Of a DNA stretch of 64,000 nt, positions 13,465 through 28,103 are shown piece after piece; within the stretch, counting starts at the first letter, position 1, and each line of letters starts with the position of its first letter. The translations under genes and the position numbers were made by a program. Where the stretch lies: assembly GCA_951406725.2 (NCBI GenBank), contig OX597815.1:18848001-18912000 (forward strand), read 5' to 3'. Below the pieces are notes generated by a model that was given only the letters and a program-made list of their open reading frames with translations, was not told the DNA's origin and did no database searches. The DNA is from Octopus vulgaris (lineage: Eukaryota).

Positions 13465-13628
13465 TACACATACATAAATTATATTATATTGTTGTGCAGT
13501 ATATTGCTGGTTATGGCGTATACCTGGTTAGTGAATATCCATCAGTTTTGGACGATTGCACTAGACAATACTGACGACTATTCAGAAGCGGAACCGATAG
13601 TGCATAGCCCCTTTTTATACACACGCAT

Positions 13629-13699
<71 letters not shown>

Positions 13700-13702
<3 letters not shown>

Positions 13703-14740
13703 CACGTAATCCCATAAGTTCTGTCCGAATTGTGAATAAAGAAAATAAGTGATCAAATGTTATATTTAATTGAAATTTAATCATCAATGTAAAGCTCTTT
13801 TGGTTTCAAAATGAAGAACTCTAAAACGTCAGCTTCAACCTCCTCCTGGCTTGCGAAGGTTATGTCCCCCAAATGATTCTGTAAACTACAAAAAAAATTG
13901 TAGTCTAAAGGAGCAAGGTTGGGAGAATTTTTCCCAACCAAGTTCTTTGATCTTCTGTGATGTGATCTGTGCAGTGTGGAGTTGCGCATTGTTTTCGATT
14001 CATTAGTAGACTTGTGCATTGTTGTTGCATTAGGTGGTAATAATTCAAAGTGAATTACTCTTTTGCAATCCCATCAGATACAGAGAAGAACCTTTTTTCC
14101 TATAAAGTTCGCTTCTTGGTTGTGGTTGAGTTTTTTCCCTTTTACCAAGCCACTGTTTACGACGTTTAACATTTCAATAGACGATCCATTTTTCGTCACC
14201 AGTCACAAGTCTATCCAAAATGAGTGAAATGAGTTCGCGAGAATGGAAAGAAGAGCAGATGTCAACTCGGAATTTGTGGTTGCTTTCGGACAAGATTAGG
14301 AACGTTTCCAAGTTGTTGAAGATGATGATGAACAGTTGTATGGTTTGAACTAAGCTTTATTGCCAATTCTTCAGTGATAATGCAGGATTTTCTTCAAGTA
14401 GTGTCTCAAGGAGCTTATCATCAAACCTAACTGGACATCCTGTTCGATCTTCATCTTCAAAGGTGAAATCTCCACTTCTAAATTTTGCAAACCATCTTCT
14501 GCAAGTTCTTTCATTCAAGCATTCTTTCCCATAAACGGAGTGTATGTTTCGAGTCGCTTCGGCTGCAGAGTTTCCTTTTTTGTACTCATAAAGCATTATG
14601 TGCCTTAAATGCTTTTGGACACTTCTATATTAGAAAGGGTTTTAATCAAAGAAATTTTAATTCTATTATTCTTTAAAATAATATTTAATTAGTTAAAATG
14701 TACACAAATGCATAAAACTCATTTTTAAATTCCTCCTTTA
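13700..14740 (-). mobile_element. Decayed mariner transposon
   Basis: MLYEYKKGNSAAEATRNI..TCRRWFAKFRSGDF HTH (14357-14596), LDRLVTGDEKWI (~14185-14220), SPNLAPLDYNFF (YSPDLAP motif). Confidence 0.9.
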
Positions 14741-14748
14741 TATATAAA

Positions 14749-15265
14749 CTAGCAGTATCGCCCGGCGTTGCTCGGGTTTGTAAGGGAAATAACTATATAA
14801 GCATTTTTAGAGAGTTACTTCCCTTATAGATGCCAATTCGGGCTTTCTTAGCCATTTCTGTTTTGGTGTCTTCAAGCCATGAAGTCGTTGTTCTAAAAGA
14901 ACGCTGGTCTCCTTGACAACGCATTACGACGTTGATTTCCTTAAACTCCCTTCCCCACAGCTTCACGAGGGAGGGAAGAAGGGGGAGAAGCAAACACAGG
15001 TGCAGGTGTTTGAGCGTGGACGCCAACTCCGCCGCCATCGACACACGAAAAATTATGCATTAAAATGGAATAAAAAATGATGTTAAATTATTTTTAAAAT
15101 CGTAGACTCATCGTAGATGCGCGCTAATACTCAGATGGGCTCGATATGAATCACGACTATAAGATACCCGAATTTGGTTAAACTGCACCGCAAAATGTGG
15201 GAGTAGTTAGGAATCTAAATCGAAGGGGACAGACACTCACAAAACTACAGTTTTATATATATAGA
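14749..15265 (-). mobile_element. Non-autonomous Helitron (copy H1)
   Basis: On the minus strand: A|TC 5' end, 3' hairpin CCCGAGCAACGCCGGG, CTAG|T end, no TSD. Confidence 0.88.
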
Positions 15266-15407
15266 TATATAAATGAGGTCATATATATATGAGGTCATAT
15301 ATATATATATGCGTCAGTTGTTTGTGTATATATCCATGTCGTTCTAAAGTGAATAGAAACGAGACAAACATGATGGTAGATATGAGTTGCTCCTCAGAAC
15401 GGCATAA

Positions 15408-15930
15408 TCTATATATATAAAACTGTAGTTGTGTGAGTGTCTGTCTCCTACGATTTAGATTCCTAACTACTCCCACATTTTGCGGTGCAGTTTAACCAAA
15501 ACCGGGTATCTTATAGTCGTGATTCATATCGAGCCCGTCTGGCTATTAGCGCGCGTCAACGATGAGTCTACGATTTTAAAAATAATTTAACATCATTTTT
15601 TTCCATTTTAACGCATATTTTTTCGTGTGTCGATGGCGGCGGAGTTGGCGTCCAGGGTCACACCGGCACCTGTGTTGCTTCTCCCCCTTCTTCCCTCCCT
15701 CGTGAAGCAGTGGGGAAGGGAGTTTACGGAAATCAACGGCGTAAAGCGTTGTCAAGGAGACCAGCGTTCTTTTAGAACAACGACTTCATGGCTTGAAGAC
15801 ACCAAAATTACAATCATTTTTTATTCCATTTTTAATGCATTTTTTTGCTATTTTTTTGCTATAACTCACTAAAAATGCTTATATAGTTATTTCCCTTACA
15901 AACCCGAGCAACGTCGGGCGATACTGCTAG
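15408..15930 (+). mobile_element. Non-autonomous Helitron (copy H2), inverted relative to H1
   Basis: A|TCTATATATATAAAAC start; CCCGAGCAACGTCGGG hairpin; CTAG|T end. Confidence 0.9.
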
Positions 15931-15997
15931 TATATGTATAAAAGTATTAAGTGTGTGATAGTGTTCTTATGTCAGCATATATTTATTTCTGTCTTTA

Positions 15998-16009
15998 CCT
16001 ATCTATCTA

Positions 16010-16073
<64 letters not shown>

Positions 16074-16082
16074 CCTACCTAC

Positions 16083-16149
<67 letters not shown>

Positions 16150-16170
16150 CCTATCTATCTATCTACCTAC

Positions 16171-16263
<93 letters not shown>

Positions 16264-16400
16264 CATCAGTCTCTCTGCCTGTCTGTGTCTCTCTTTCTCT
16301 CTATATATGTGTGTGTATGTGTGAGAGGGAGAGAGAGAGAGAGAGAGTGTGTGTGTGTGTGTGTGTGTATGTGTGTGTGTGTGTGTGTGTCTGTAGGATG
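15998..16400. repeat. (CTAT)n tract followed by (GA)n/(GT)n
   Basis: Directly visible. Confidence 0.95.
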
Positions 16401-17339
16401 GATGGATGGATGCACATATACAGAACTGTGTACAAAACGTTTGGCAAATATTTAAATGAACAGCTACAATGTCACCTACGATCATTAGCGTAGTGGAGCG
16501 GGGGTAGTTTTGTGATAAACTTTGATGGTCTGACAGACAACATCTTCCAGCAAATAATATAAACTAAGACGATTTCTTTATTAAAACTAAGTGCTTATTG
16601 AGTAGCTATTGGCGTCTATATGCCGAGTCGATGCGTAATCGTCTGAAAGCAGTGATGTTAATTGGAATTACATTAACATGTAGCACATAGAATAACTCAG
16701 CATTGCACAAGATTAATTAGAAAGGCCGATTAGTGCTTTCAATATCAGAGAGCGAATCAATTGAAAGCTTGAGTTCTGTTTTCTTTAATCGGCTCCAATA
16801 CTTGTTTGCCAATTAGATATAAATATAGAGAATATTTTAAGATGATACCCTACATTCGAAAGCACATGAAGCTATATCACGTGATACTGCTTTAAGATTA
16901 AATGGCAATTTAATATAATGTAACACTTGTGATCTTCTATTCTCCACTATATGCTTTATCTTAACATTTAAACGTTCGATTAGAGAGTATAAACTAATTT
17001 GCATTGCCATTATCTAGAATAGAATTATTAACAAGGTTCCTTATTTACGAATATCGAACGGTTATTACACAATACTGCATGATTTAAAGTTACTCTTACG
17101 TTAAAGGTAAATTTTCTTTATAGTCAGGCGTTAATTAGCAGTGATATTCTTTCATAAACGTTTGTGTTTCTATTCTGGATGTGTGCATTAATGTTGCAAG
17201 TGATACTTGATCAGATAAATCGGTGAAAGCATTTCACTGCTTTCCATGCATAAAAGTGATATAGAGACTAAATACATACATACATACATACATACATACA
17301 TACATACATACATACATACATACATACATACATACATAC

Positions 17340-17535
17340 GGTGGACAGCGAAAAACCTAGCTGATGACAGTCGAGGCTAATCTGGAACCCAACCTAGGCC
17401 CCTATATCTACGGCGTTCGCCGCTGGAATAAGGAGTGTTTGGAGATCACGCGGTCGTTAGAGATGCAGCATTGAGGATGAAGGAAGCCAGCTCAACCCGC
17501 CCCGGGTGAATGCTGTCTCAAGACAAGAAGACAAG
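17340..17535 (+). mobile_element. Probable LINE 3' end (RTE-like) embedded in (TACA)n
   Basis: GC-richer island ending GCCAGCTCAACCCGCCCGGGTGAATGC..(CAAGA)n tail. The family assignment is from recall only. Confidence 0.35.
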
Positions 17536-17575
17536 ATACATACATAGATATATGCATACATACATACGTACCTAC

Positions 17576-17606
<31 letters not shown>

Positions 17607-17624
17607 TGTATGTATGTATGTATC

Positions 17625-18188
<564 letters not shown>

Positions 18189-18769
18189 CATGTATGTATA
18201 CACATACGCACGCGCACACACACACATATATGTATACAATTAAGATTCAGTTGAATTAGGTACTTAAATTGAGACACATCGCTAGGTCGGGATAATGTGC
18301 ACACACCTTTCTGTTACTCATTTATATGTGTGTGTGTGTGTATTTGTGTGTGTGTAGTGTGTATACGTATGTACATTTGTATATATGTCAACGTTCAAAG
18401 TATTTTTTTAAATGCTACTTTCGGATCCATAAGCTCAAAAGTTCGGTTTCGTGGATCCTGCAGCATATTTAGTCACGTGTTGAGTGGCCTGGAACAACGT
18501 AGCAATAAGTGTTTAGTAGAGAATACAAAGCACCGAACGATCCAGGAGTCTAAACCACAATGAGACATTTGAAACAACATTACTCCTAACTACTATGCCA
18601 CGCATCTCTGCATGCATACACACACATACATACATACATAATATATACATAATATATACATACGTACATACATACATACATGCATACATACATACACACA
18701 TACATACATTCATACATACATACATACATACATACATACATACATACATACATGCATACATATTTTCTG

Positions 18770-19470
18770 AAGACTTAGTATATATCGCTAGACTCGTGAC
18801 CGCTACATCACATCATACTCCGAAGGCTATGCACTTGCAATCCAAGAACAGGAGGTTGCTACGAAAATCCTAGTAAACAAAAGAGAAGGCGAAGTCATTG
18901 GAACTCCAGGATACAACGGAAAATGTAGATTATGTTATATATCTTTGTGGAATCCATCACATGTGATTAGCAGCTGCTATGTGACATGACATTGTTGCAA
19001 AATACATACAATGTCATTCTTAAAAAAACAGTCCTGGATTAAATGCAAGTAATCTTACTGTTATTGAAGACATACACAAATATCGACACAAGGAATACTG
19101 GTGGGACCTTCCCATCAAAACATCTGGCAAATGTAAACGTTACAGACCGGATATTGTTTGTGACAGATAAGTAAACGGAATTACCGTCATAGAGGTCAGC
19201 TGGCCTGCTGATGTGAAAACGAAGACAAAAAGAATAACTATGGACAACTGCTTCGAAACCTCCAGCTTCTATATCTAGATTTTAAATTCACATTGATACC
19301 AACAATAATTGCTGTATATGGTTTTGTGTGTAAATGCCTAAGTGACAATCTGGATAACCTACGATTTTCCGAAAAAGAAATGAACCAAATAACTCTCTCC
19401 TTACAAATATAATCTGTAAATGGAGTAATAAAATTATGAAAGGCTTTTCTCAAGTTTGAAATGTGACATT
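18770..19470 (+). mobile_element. Decayed RLE-type non-LTR retrotransposon 3' region
   Basis: CRLCYIFVESITHVISSC zinc knuckle (~18925-18978), EYWWDLPIKT..RPDI, VIEVSWPAD, NYGQLLRNLQLLY. Confidence 0.75.
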
Positions 19471-19499
19471 GTTTTTGTTACCTGTATTTCAACGATGGA

Positions 19500-20470
19500 G
19501 CTTTGTATCATTGAGATTACGAAGGCGATGTAGAGGCGGAGATATTTGAATTGTGAGACGAAGGGCAAAAATATGGTTGGTAGTAGAGAGATTTCACGGT
19601 CATCCTGACAGACACCAAAGCTATTATTTCTCCTTCTGCCAGGCTCCCTCCAACCGACTCACTCCAGAGTCAGCTCATTGGCAATCTTTGCAGACCCATC
19701 CAACAATGATAACGGTAATCGCCTTTGCTCCTATGCTCCTACAACAGACTTTATATCGAAAACACCTGGTTTCCCCGCAAACTCATCCATCTCTGGACCT
19801 AATATAGCTCAAACGACTACAGCCGGAGGGCGAGCGACTACATTATCATCTCTCACTGCTGGAGGGCATTTGTCACCAACTGCCGAGTCTTCAGAGGCGC
19901 TCAACCCGGCAATACCGACTATAGACTGCTGGCTGCGACACTCAAGCTGAAGCTGCGAGTGTATTCTGTCATCAAGTATCAGTCTCACCCAGATTCATCA
20001 TATCCGAAGATGAGACCGACAACCGAGATATCTTGAAATCGAGTGTCAACTAGTCTGCACATGACGTCCTGGTAAACTCTAAGCCTCCTTCCAAGCAGCC
20101 TTGGATTTCACAAGAGATGCAGAAGCCAATTAAGCGTCTACGCGAAATCGGCTGCAAAGCAACATAAATGAAATATTCCAGCTCAACAAGAACATCAGAG
20201 GTGGCCAAGAAATGCACTGAGAGGAAAGAGCTAAACAGCTAGAGACAGCAGCAAGGTACAACGAACTCAACCTGAAGTTAGACACGCTTCGCAGAGACAG
20301 TGCCGGTCCCCAGTTCAAGACGGAATTAGGGAAGGGTACGAATGGCAATGTCATCACCACAGAAGCCGTCTACCTGGAACGCTGGAAGAAGTAATTCAGC
20401 CTTCTTTATCACCCCACCTGTCTCGATCGATCAAAGCCTAAAGATCACCGCAGATACAGCAGTAACCAAG
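19500..20470 (+). mobile_element. Decayed RTE-like LINE (APE endonuclease and linker)
   Basis: NDNGNRL, ENTWFPRKLIHLWT, DYIIISHCWRAFVTNCRVFRGAQPGNTDYRLLAATLKLKLR, then KQPWISQE. Confidence 0.75.
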
Positions 20471-20586
20471 GACACTTGCACAAGCACACACACACACATA
20501 CACACACACACACACGTGTGGGTGTACATACATACATTCATACATACACACACATACGCACAAATATATACACAAATGAAAATATA

Positions 20587-20630
<44 letters not shown>

Positions 20631-21127
20631 ATATAATGTATATAAGGTATCATATTTAGTATATACGCATTCATATATGCACCATACACATACTTGTATA
20701 TTTAATACACACACACACACACACGGATATAATGTATATTATACATTATGAACATTACATATATACACATAAAATTGTATAATTTTATATGTATTTATGT
20801 ATGTGTGTGCTTGTATATGAATGTATGTATGTATATATGTATGTATATATGTACATGTACATATCAGGCCATGCTTGTATATATTTGCAATTGTGACATA
20901 AAAAAGTTTTGTAAGAGGAGTCTATTGTTTTTTTTAATTCACTGATTGAATAAGCCTATAAGGACAAAGCCTGCGATAACAATCAAATCGATATTATCAA
21001 TAAATTTCACTCTACACAATGTATAGAATTTGCAATCAGCAACTGTCCTTGTTTTCCGACAATTTTATGAACAAAGGAAAAGAATACAGTAATGTTTGTG
21101 TATGTGTGTGTTTGTGTGCGTGTGGGG

Positions 21128-21208
<81 letters not shown>

Positions 21209-21268
21209 GCATGTAGATTTATCGATATATGCATGAAGATATAAACATATATGTATGTAGATATGTAG

Positions 21269-21307
<39 letters not shown>

Positions 21308-21597
21308 CGTGTTTGTGTGAATGGATGAATATGATTTCTATGCTTTAGGCGTAGTGCAAACATCTTCTGACCAGAGAATCTAGATATTGTGAGGTCAGCC
21401 AAAGGCTAAGTTTTCCACGTTATTTTAGCTGTAAGCTCCATTCTGTGGTCCCACCCTGTTTCATCAACCTAGATAACACTGTTATTGAATACGACGACAA
21501 ATTTCAACAAATCAAAATCTCTATACTGGTACGATTCATATAGTACTGATGCGGAATGCTCACATATCATACTCAGTAGAGAGCAAGAATACATATG

Positions 21598-21679
<82 letters not shown>

Positions 21680-21887
21680 CCTTTTATTTTGAATTTTTCA
21701 TACCGTATTACTCATATAGTATATATACCTAAATTTTGTCAAAGACATTCCAATAGTGTGCCAAGATAATTAATTACAACATATAACATTTATTTAATTC
21801 TATGAATATTACACCTATTATTTACAATGAATACTTAAATTATTAATTTTATAAACCTGAAATTATTATTGATTTCTATTAAACATT

Positions 21888-22270
21888 TTTACCTCTGCCA
21901 AAGAAGGAGGTTATGTTTTCAATGGCATTGGCTTGTCCGTCTGTCCGTCTGTGTGCAAAATAATTCAAAACGTTGTGAACGGTATTTGATGAAACTTGCA
22001 GGAAATATTGGTAATGGCACAAGGAACGATAAAATTTTGGTAGTGATCCGGGAATTTTCATGGATTCTTGAAAGATTTTTCATTTGTTATATTTACTTTA
22101 CATGAAGTATTACAATGTTACATTCTTTGATTATCTCCCTTGAAAACATGTTCATTGTTTGCACGTATCCTCTGGTGGCATTGCTGTTTCAAAAGTGTAT
22201 TTTCGTTTCTCTATTAGTAATTTTACTCGCGCATCTATCTTAAAATGAGCTGTTTGGCGGAGGTCTGCGG
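21888..22270 (+). mobile_element. HINE/DINE-1-like (Helentron-associated) non-autonomous element
   Basis: Subterminal inverted repeats ACCTCTGCCAAA (21891) and TTTGGCGGAGGT (22253), a (GTCY)n tract, and a T-rich insertion site. Confidence 0.7.
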
Positions 22271-22274
22271 AGGA

Positions 22275-22760
22275 TGACATGACAAGCCTTGACTATTGGG
22301 ATCGACTCAAAAAGCTCATGCTTTGGTCCTTCCACCGCCGCTGTGAGCTCTATATCATATGTATGATGTGGAAAATATTCCATCAACATTGGTCATCTTT
22401 AAAACTCGTCCGAGGCTTGGCCCCCGTGCTATCTGTCCATTACAGAAATGTTCGTGTCGTATCACAACACTATGACAGAATTATTTCACCTCAATTGGCT
22501 CTGCTCTCTTCAACATCGTGCCAGACACACCTAGAAGACGAAAGTGACTTCACGGCATTCAAACGACCCTTAGATGATTTCCCACAACAAATACCAGATA
22601 AACCACTCACACCCAGATATGTCTCTGAAAACAATAACCCTCTGCTTGAATGGGTTACGGTTCCCCAGAGCTGATTGTGTATCTCTTCCAGGTGGTGCTG
22701 TTAAATCAGACATGGCCTGAGTCAACTTCGGCTGAAACTCATCTAAGTAATCTAATCTAT
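22275..22760 (+). mobile_element. CR1-group LINE 3' fragment
   Basis: LDYWDRLKKLMLWSFHRRCELYIICMMWKI matches the CR1 pattern L.Y.ERL..L.L.SL.RRR; also FKRPLDDF..IPDKP. Confidence 0.75.
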
Positions 22761-23431
22761 GCTGTAACCTTTTAATCAAAGATGACAACGTGGGTAGAGG
22801 CTGATATCTTAACATTTCTTATAGTCTTGTGTATAAAAAAAATTATTAAAGATTTATATAGAACTACATTCAGAGTATATCTATAAGCTATTGTGTTTAG
22901 ACCTGGTTTCTGTCCTCAAACTGTTAGGTTTTGTAGATGCAATTTTTTTAATAACAATCTCGGTCCCATGAGCATTGGATAATGGATTTTCAACTGTGTA
23001 AAGAAACTGATTGTGGTGATCGTAGATTTGACGGTGATTGTAGTGAAAGCAGGACAGTGTTGATGATGACGATGGTCGAGATAAGTATGGGACGAGGATG
23101 TACTAGTATCGGTGGCGACAGGAGCGGTGTGATGTGTGATGCTGAGGTGATGGTGGTAATAGTGGTGTTGATGACATTGCTAGTTGTGTGATGGTGGTAT
23201 TGTAGTGGTTATACTGGTTGTGGTGTTGAAAATGACTATCAAGGTAACCGTCTTGATAACGTTGATGTCGGTGTATGTGGTTGAAGTGGAAGCAATGACA
23301 ATGCTGCTGATGATGTGGGTGGTTGTGGTGGTGGTGATAGTGGTAGGATAGTTGTGATGGTGATTGTGATAAGGTGGTAGTGGTAGTGGTGGTGGTGGTG
23401 GTCGTCGTCGTCGTCGTCATCGTAGTCGATT

Positions 23432-23810
23432 AGACAAGTACCAGTTACGCACTGGAGTCGATATAATTGACTTACTCCGTTTGTCTGTCCTTGTTTGTCC
23501 TCTCTATGTTTAGCCCCTTGTGGGTAGTAAAGAAATAGGTATTTCGTCTGCCGTTACGTTCTGAGTTCAAATTCCGCCGAGGTCGAATTTGCCTCTCATC
23601 CTATCGGGGTCGATAAATTATGTACCAATTACGCACTGGCGTCAATCTAACCGACTTAATCCTTTTGTCTGTCCTTGTTTGTCCCCTCTATGTTTAGCCC
23701 CTTGTGGGCAATAAAGAAATAAGAAACGTTAGCACGCCGGGTGAAATGCTTAGCGGCCCCCTCATCCAAAATTTTGGGCCTTGTGCCTAGAGTAGAAAAG
23801 AATAAATGAA
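23432..23810 (+). mobile_element. SINE family B 5'-truncated dimer plus an adjacent internally deleted copy
   Basis: Two tails (~23535 and ~23720), followed by GAAACGTTAGCACGCCGG joined to a CCCCCTCATCCAAAATTTTGGGCCTTGTGCC tail. Confidence 0.85.
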
Positions 23811-23849
23811 TAAACATACAAGAAAACAGTGGACACACGAACATGAATT

Positions 23850-24400
23850 AATGCGGTTCAAGACGGGACCATTAGTGAACGACCGAGAGAACAGGGACGA
23901 AATAAACACTATACAGCCTTATGGCCAGAGAGAGACGAAAGTGTGGATAACGCTCAGGAGGAAATCGTAAAGGATTAAAACGGAAGCACAAAAGGCAGCG
24001 AAACGGGTTTGAGTGGGAGACCACAGAAAATACGACCGATTGCTTCAGCGCTCCGCGTGAAAAGGATCGAGACACAGAAAAACACAACAGGATAACCGCG
24101 TGTCACGTGTCAGTAGTAAGAGGGAGAAAAGTGGTAGGAGACAGAGAGAGACACACAGGATTGAGAGGGAGGAGGAGAAATAGAGAGAGATGGAGGAGAG
24201 CGAGAGAGGAAAAAGAAGAGAGAATGGGAAAGACGTCATGCGAATATATCAAATCAAGAGTAAATAAAGGCAAGTGCACGTAGCGTTCCATTAATAAGGT
24301 AAAAAAATATACGATATACACACACACATATATCTATATTTATATATATACATATATACGTATATGAGGCGTCCTGTTCAATTAAATAATAAATAATAAA
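23850..24400. repeat. Dispersed repeat ending at (TA)n; second copy at 26335-26565
   Basis: Shared block ACCGCGTGTCACGTGTCAGT..GGGAGAAAAGTGG..CGTCATGCGAATATATCAAATC..GCGTTCCATTAATAAGGT. Confidence 0.8.
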
Positions 24401-24469
24401 TGATATATTATATATACGTGCAGCTGCAGAATTTTTTGTTGAACGAATCTTCCCATACATATTTTATAC

Positions 24470-24575
24470 CTGGTCTTTATTGTATCGATCCCTTTTATTG
24501 AACCATTAATTTATGGGGACTTAAATGCACCAACACCGGTTATCAAGTGGTCATCGATGACAAACACAAGCCCAA

Positions 24576-24611
<36 letters not shown>

Positions 24612-24612
24612 G

Positions 24613-24648
<36 letters not shown>

Positions 24649-24845
24649 AATATATATGTCTATAAATATATAGGTATATGATATATATGTATGTATATAT
24701 ATATTCGGTTTCTATCTACCAAATATGCCGAGAAGGCTCAAGCTTGCCGTTGGCTATAATAGATTACGTTTGTGCAATTTGCTACTGAGTGGGACTGAAC
24801 TCGGAACCATATGGTTGGGAAGCAAACTTCTTACCACACAGCCAC
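24470..24845 (-). mobile_element. Older SINE family A copy
   Basis: Reverse complement of the family A head (GGGACTGAACTCGGAACCAT..CTTACCACACAGCCA). Confidence 0.75.
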
Positions 24846-26334
24846 AGACACACACACGTTTATGTTCATATGTGGAGCTCTAAGATTCTGCTTCTGGGAT
24901 GTTTGTGTATATGTATGCGTATAGTATAAGTGATAACTGTAAACAAACCTTCATCCAAAAGTTATATTGAATATTATGTAGACGACGAAAACACATTACA
25001 ATTTTACTGTTTCGGAAAACAACTCTTTCTTCAATGTATCATAAAATGTTCGATTTACGTATGTGCAATAGTAACAGTGATGTTGTTGGTGGAATGGTTG
25101 CATTAGTAAGAAGAATATTTTGTAATTTTGTTTATATATTTTAAGACATTTTCTTTGATCTTTAAGACATTAAAGTCCCTGTTTGAAAATGCATTCTACT
25201 AAAATCATGAAGTTTTCTTCTTGACTCACTTTACTCTGCCGTTAAAGACATCAAAAGGGATAGTAAACATATATATTCGGATGTAATCCCTAAGCAGTGT
25301 AGTTGTAACTCTAAAGTTGGCTATTAAAACATTAATAGTTGTGTAGTCAAACACAGTTATTAGTTATATCTTGACATGCAAACTTGGCTGGAAAGCTTTG
25401 GTTATTGCTAATCGAGTATAGTAGAGGCATTGAATTATTGAGTTAAAAATATGAAGTCGTGTAATCAAGCTATTAGCAATACTAGTAAATATTTTACAGT
25501 TCATAGTAAAGCTATTGAATAGCATAATTGCTGATATTAAACCTTGAAGCAAACATGTTAAACTCGACTGGAAAAATATTCCCTCCGCTTGAATATTATT
25601 AATGTTGAAAGTGAAAACCAAATAGCCGATTGGTAAATATGTTGCACTTCATATTAAATAAATTCTAATCTGTAAAAATCCAATAAATACCATGCTTTTA
25701 GAAGAGATAATATTAAGCTTGGATGTAAAAATCAATATATAAAAGAGATAATGTTCCATGATACAAGCAAATAAAAAAAATACCTTTGAGTGTAGTGACT
25801 TTGCGTGTGCTCTACTTTTCGAATGATTGAAAGTTCAATTTCGGTTTGTATGTAAAGTATTCATATATAAGCTGAAGGCAAAACTTATTATTTGTAGACC
25901 TTCCATGACAATCACATCTTCAGATTTGACAAGCCTTGATTTTCACTTTCAAAAATTACGTTATATCTTCAGTGTCTGAACACATTTCCGACGAGAACAG
26001 GTAATGATGTTCTACAAATTACAGGTGTTTCTCCATCCCTGCTTAAGTACGACAAAAACTCAACTGCTTGCTTGCTAACATATCACTCACCAATTGCTAA
26101 CAATTTATTATTGTCATACTTGCAAACATCGTTTACTTTATTACTTTCGTATCTTCCACCTCTGCTAAGAAAGCAACGTTTTCCCTAATCATACAACTGG
26201 GAGTCACTGCGCATAGTGTAACTGATCTTCTCCATTCTATCGCCAAACTAAAGATTTTTAACGTGGATGTCGACGACTTCTACCTAAGTGGGCAGAAAGA
26301 GAAGCCTTACTTAGCCTCTCGACTAACTAGAGGA

Positions 26335-26565
26335 AACAGGACAACCGCGTGTCACGTGTCAGTTGTAAGAGGGAGAAAAGTGGTAGAAGACACAGAGAGA
26401 CACTCAGGGCTGAGAGGAAGAAGGAGAAATAGAGAGAGATGGAGGAGAGCGAGAGAGGAAACAGGGAAAGCCGTCATGCGAATATATCAAATCAGAGTAA
26501 ATAACGTCAAGTGCATGTAGCGTTCCATTAATAAGGTGAAAAATATACAATACACATACATATAT
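26335..26565. repeat. Second copy of the 24085-24330 repeat block
   Basis: About 230 bp of near-identical sequence in the same orientation. Confidence 0.8.
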
Positions 26566-27889
26566 TCCTAAAACCCCTTCATACAATAGTTAAAGATAAA
26601 ACACGTCTTAATTAGCTACACTATAACTGAATTAAAGATAATCTATCACGGCTGGAACATCTCTCTCGATCAGCAACAATAATCTTATCTTTGGACAGCT
26701 TGCAAATTTAAAGATCCTCTTCTATCGTTTTGAGGCTAAGATTTAATAAAGGAGGTCTCATCTTCCGGTCATTTGTAGCGAATGTTGAAAACATAAATCT
26801 GCAATAGTAAAGTGAGTGAATCCATCTTCTCAACATAGAAGAAAGGTCAGCGAGTATTTCCATTACAATACTTTCTCCATTGATTGATATTTGAGCATCA
26901 AAACAATTGATGGAGCCTGCTGAGAGATACAATGTTTCCTGCCAATTAATGAAATCTTGCCTTCCAACAAAACCATTAAATACCATATTTTGAAATTAAC
27001 ATTGCCCTCCATGAGATTATCATTTTATGTCCTTCTCGACTAGAGCCAGAAATAAGACTTAAAAAATAATCTTGTTCATTTACTTCATCACAACTGCTTC
27101 TTCCTCTCCGACATATCCTCATGATAGGGTAATACTTCGCAATTTTGCTATTACTATCAACCTTTAAACATGCTAACTTTTAACAGTGAAGCAAACAAAT
27201 ATTCACCGGAAATGTGGTTTTAACAATGACAACGCCTTATGTTGTTTCATGTGATCAGTCCAAAATAAACTAAATATACTTAAGAATCTACAATTGGCCC
27301 ATCTAACCTAACTGAAATACATAACGTTTTCGTAAGCTCAGTATGTAATTCTCGGCCAAGCTATGGAACATAATCGAATATTTTCAATTGAAATCATTTC
27401 ATTCTTGGCTCTATAATGTTATTATAGTCGCTATTAATTTATTTATTCAATCGGTGTCTATTATTGTGGAAATATAGTTTTTAATTTCTCTGTTCAAATC
27501 TTTTCTTCATGGCTGAAACTCTTCTTTTTACATTCGAGAATTTCAATTGATCTTTAATAATCTTCAGAAACTGACTACTGTAAATTAGAACACTTCAATT
27601 TATTCAATTTAGTCTGAGAGGTGATGGAATTTCTTACCGCTTCTGTATATTACATGTACTTTTCCTAAATATTTTACTTTATATATATCATATGAAGAAT
27701 ACACATTACAGATATAGTACGGCAATACTAAATACCACGATGAAAATCTAACTAACTACAGAAACGGCTTTTTATGTATGATTATTTCTCATTTCAAACA
27801 ATACGGTGTTACATGTATACATCTTACTCAAACAAAATAGTATACACTCTCAAACCACAATGTTGTCATATCTAATATCAGATGTTATG

Positions 27890-28103
27890 AGGCGACGAGC
27901 TGGCAGAAACGATGGCACGCCAGGTGAAATACTTAGCGGTATTTCGTCTGTTTTTACGTTCTGAGTTCAAATTCCGCCGAGGTTGACTTTGCCTTTCATC
28001 TTTTCGGGATCGATAAATTAAGAACCAGCTGCGTACTGGGGTCGATCTAATCGACTGGCCCCCTTCCCCAAAATTTTCGGGCTTTGTGCTAGAGCAGAAA
28101 AGA
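27890..28103 (+). mobile_element. SINE with family B head and core and an alternative tail
   Basis: GGCGACGAGCTGGCAGAA head, core, tail GGCCCCCTTCCCCAAAATTTTCGGGCTTTGTGCTAGAG; flanking AATATCAGA direct repeat. Confidence 0.88.
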
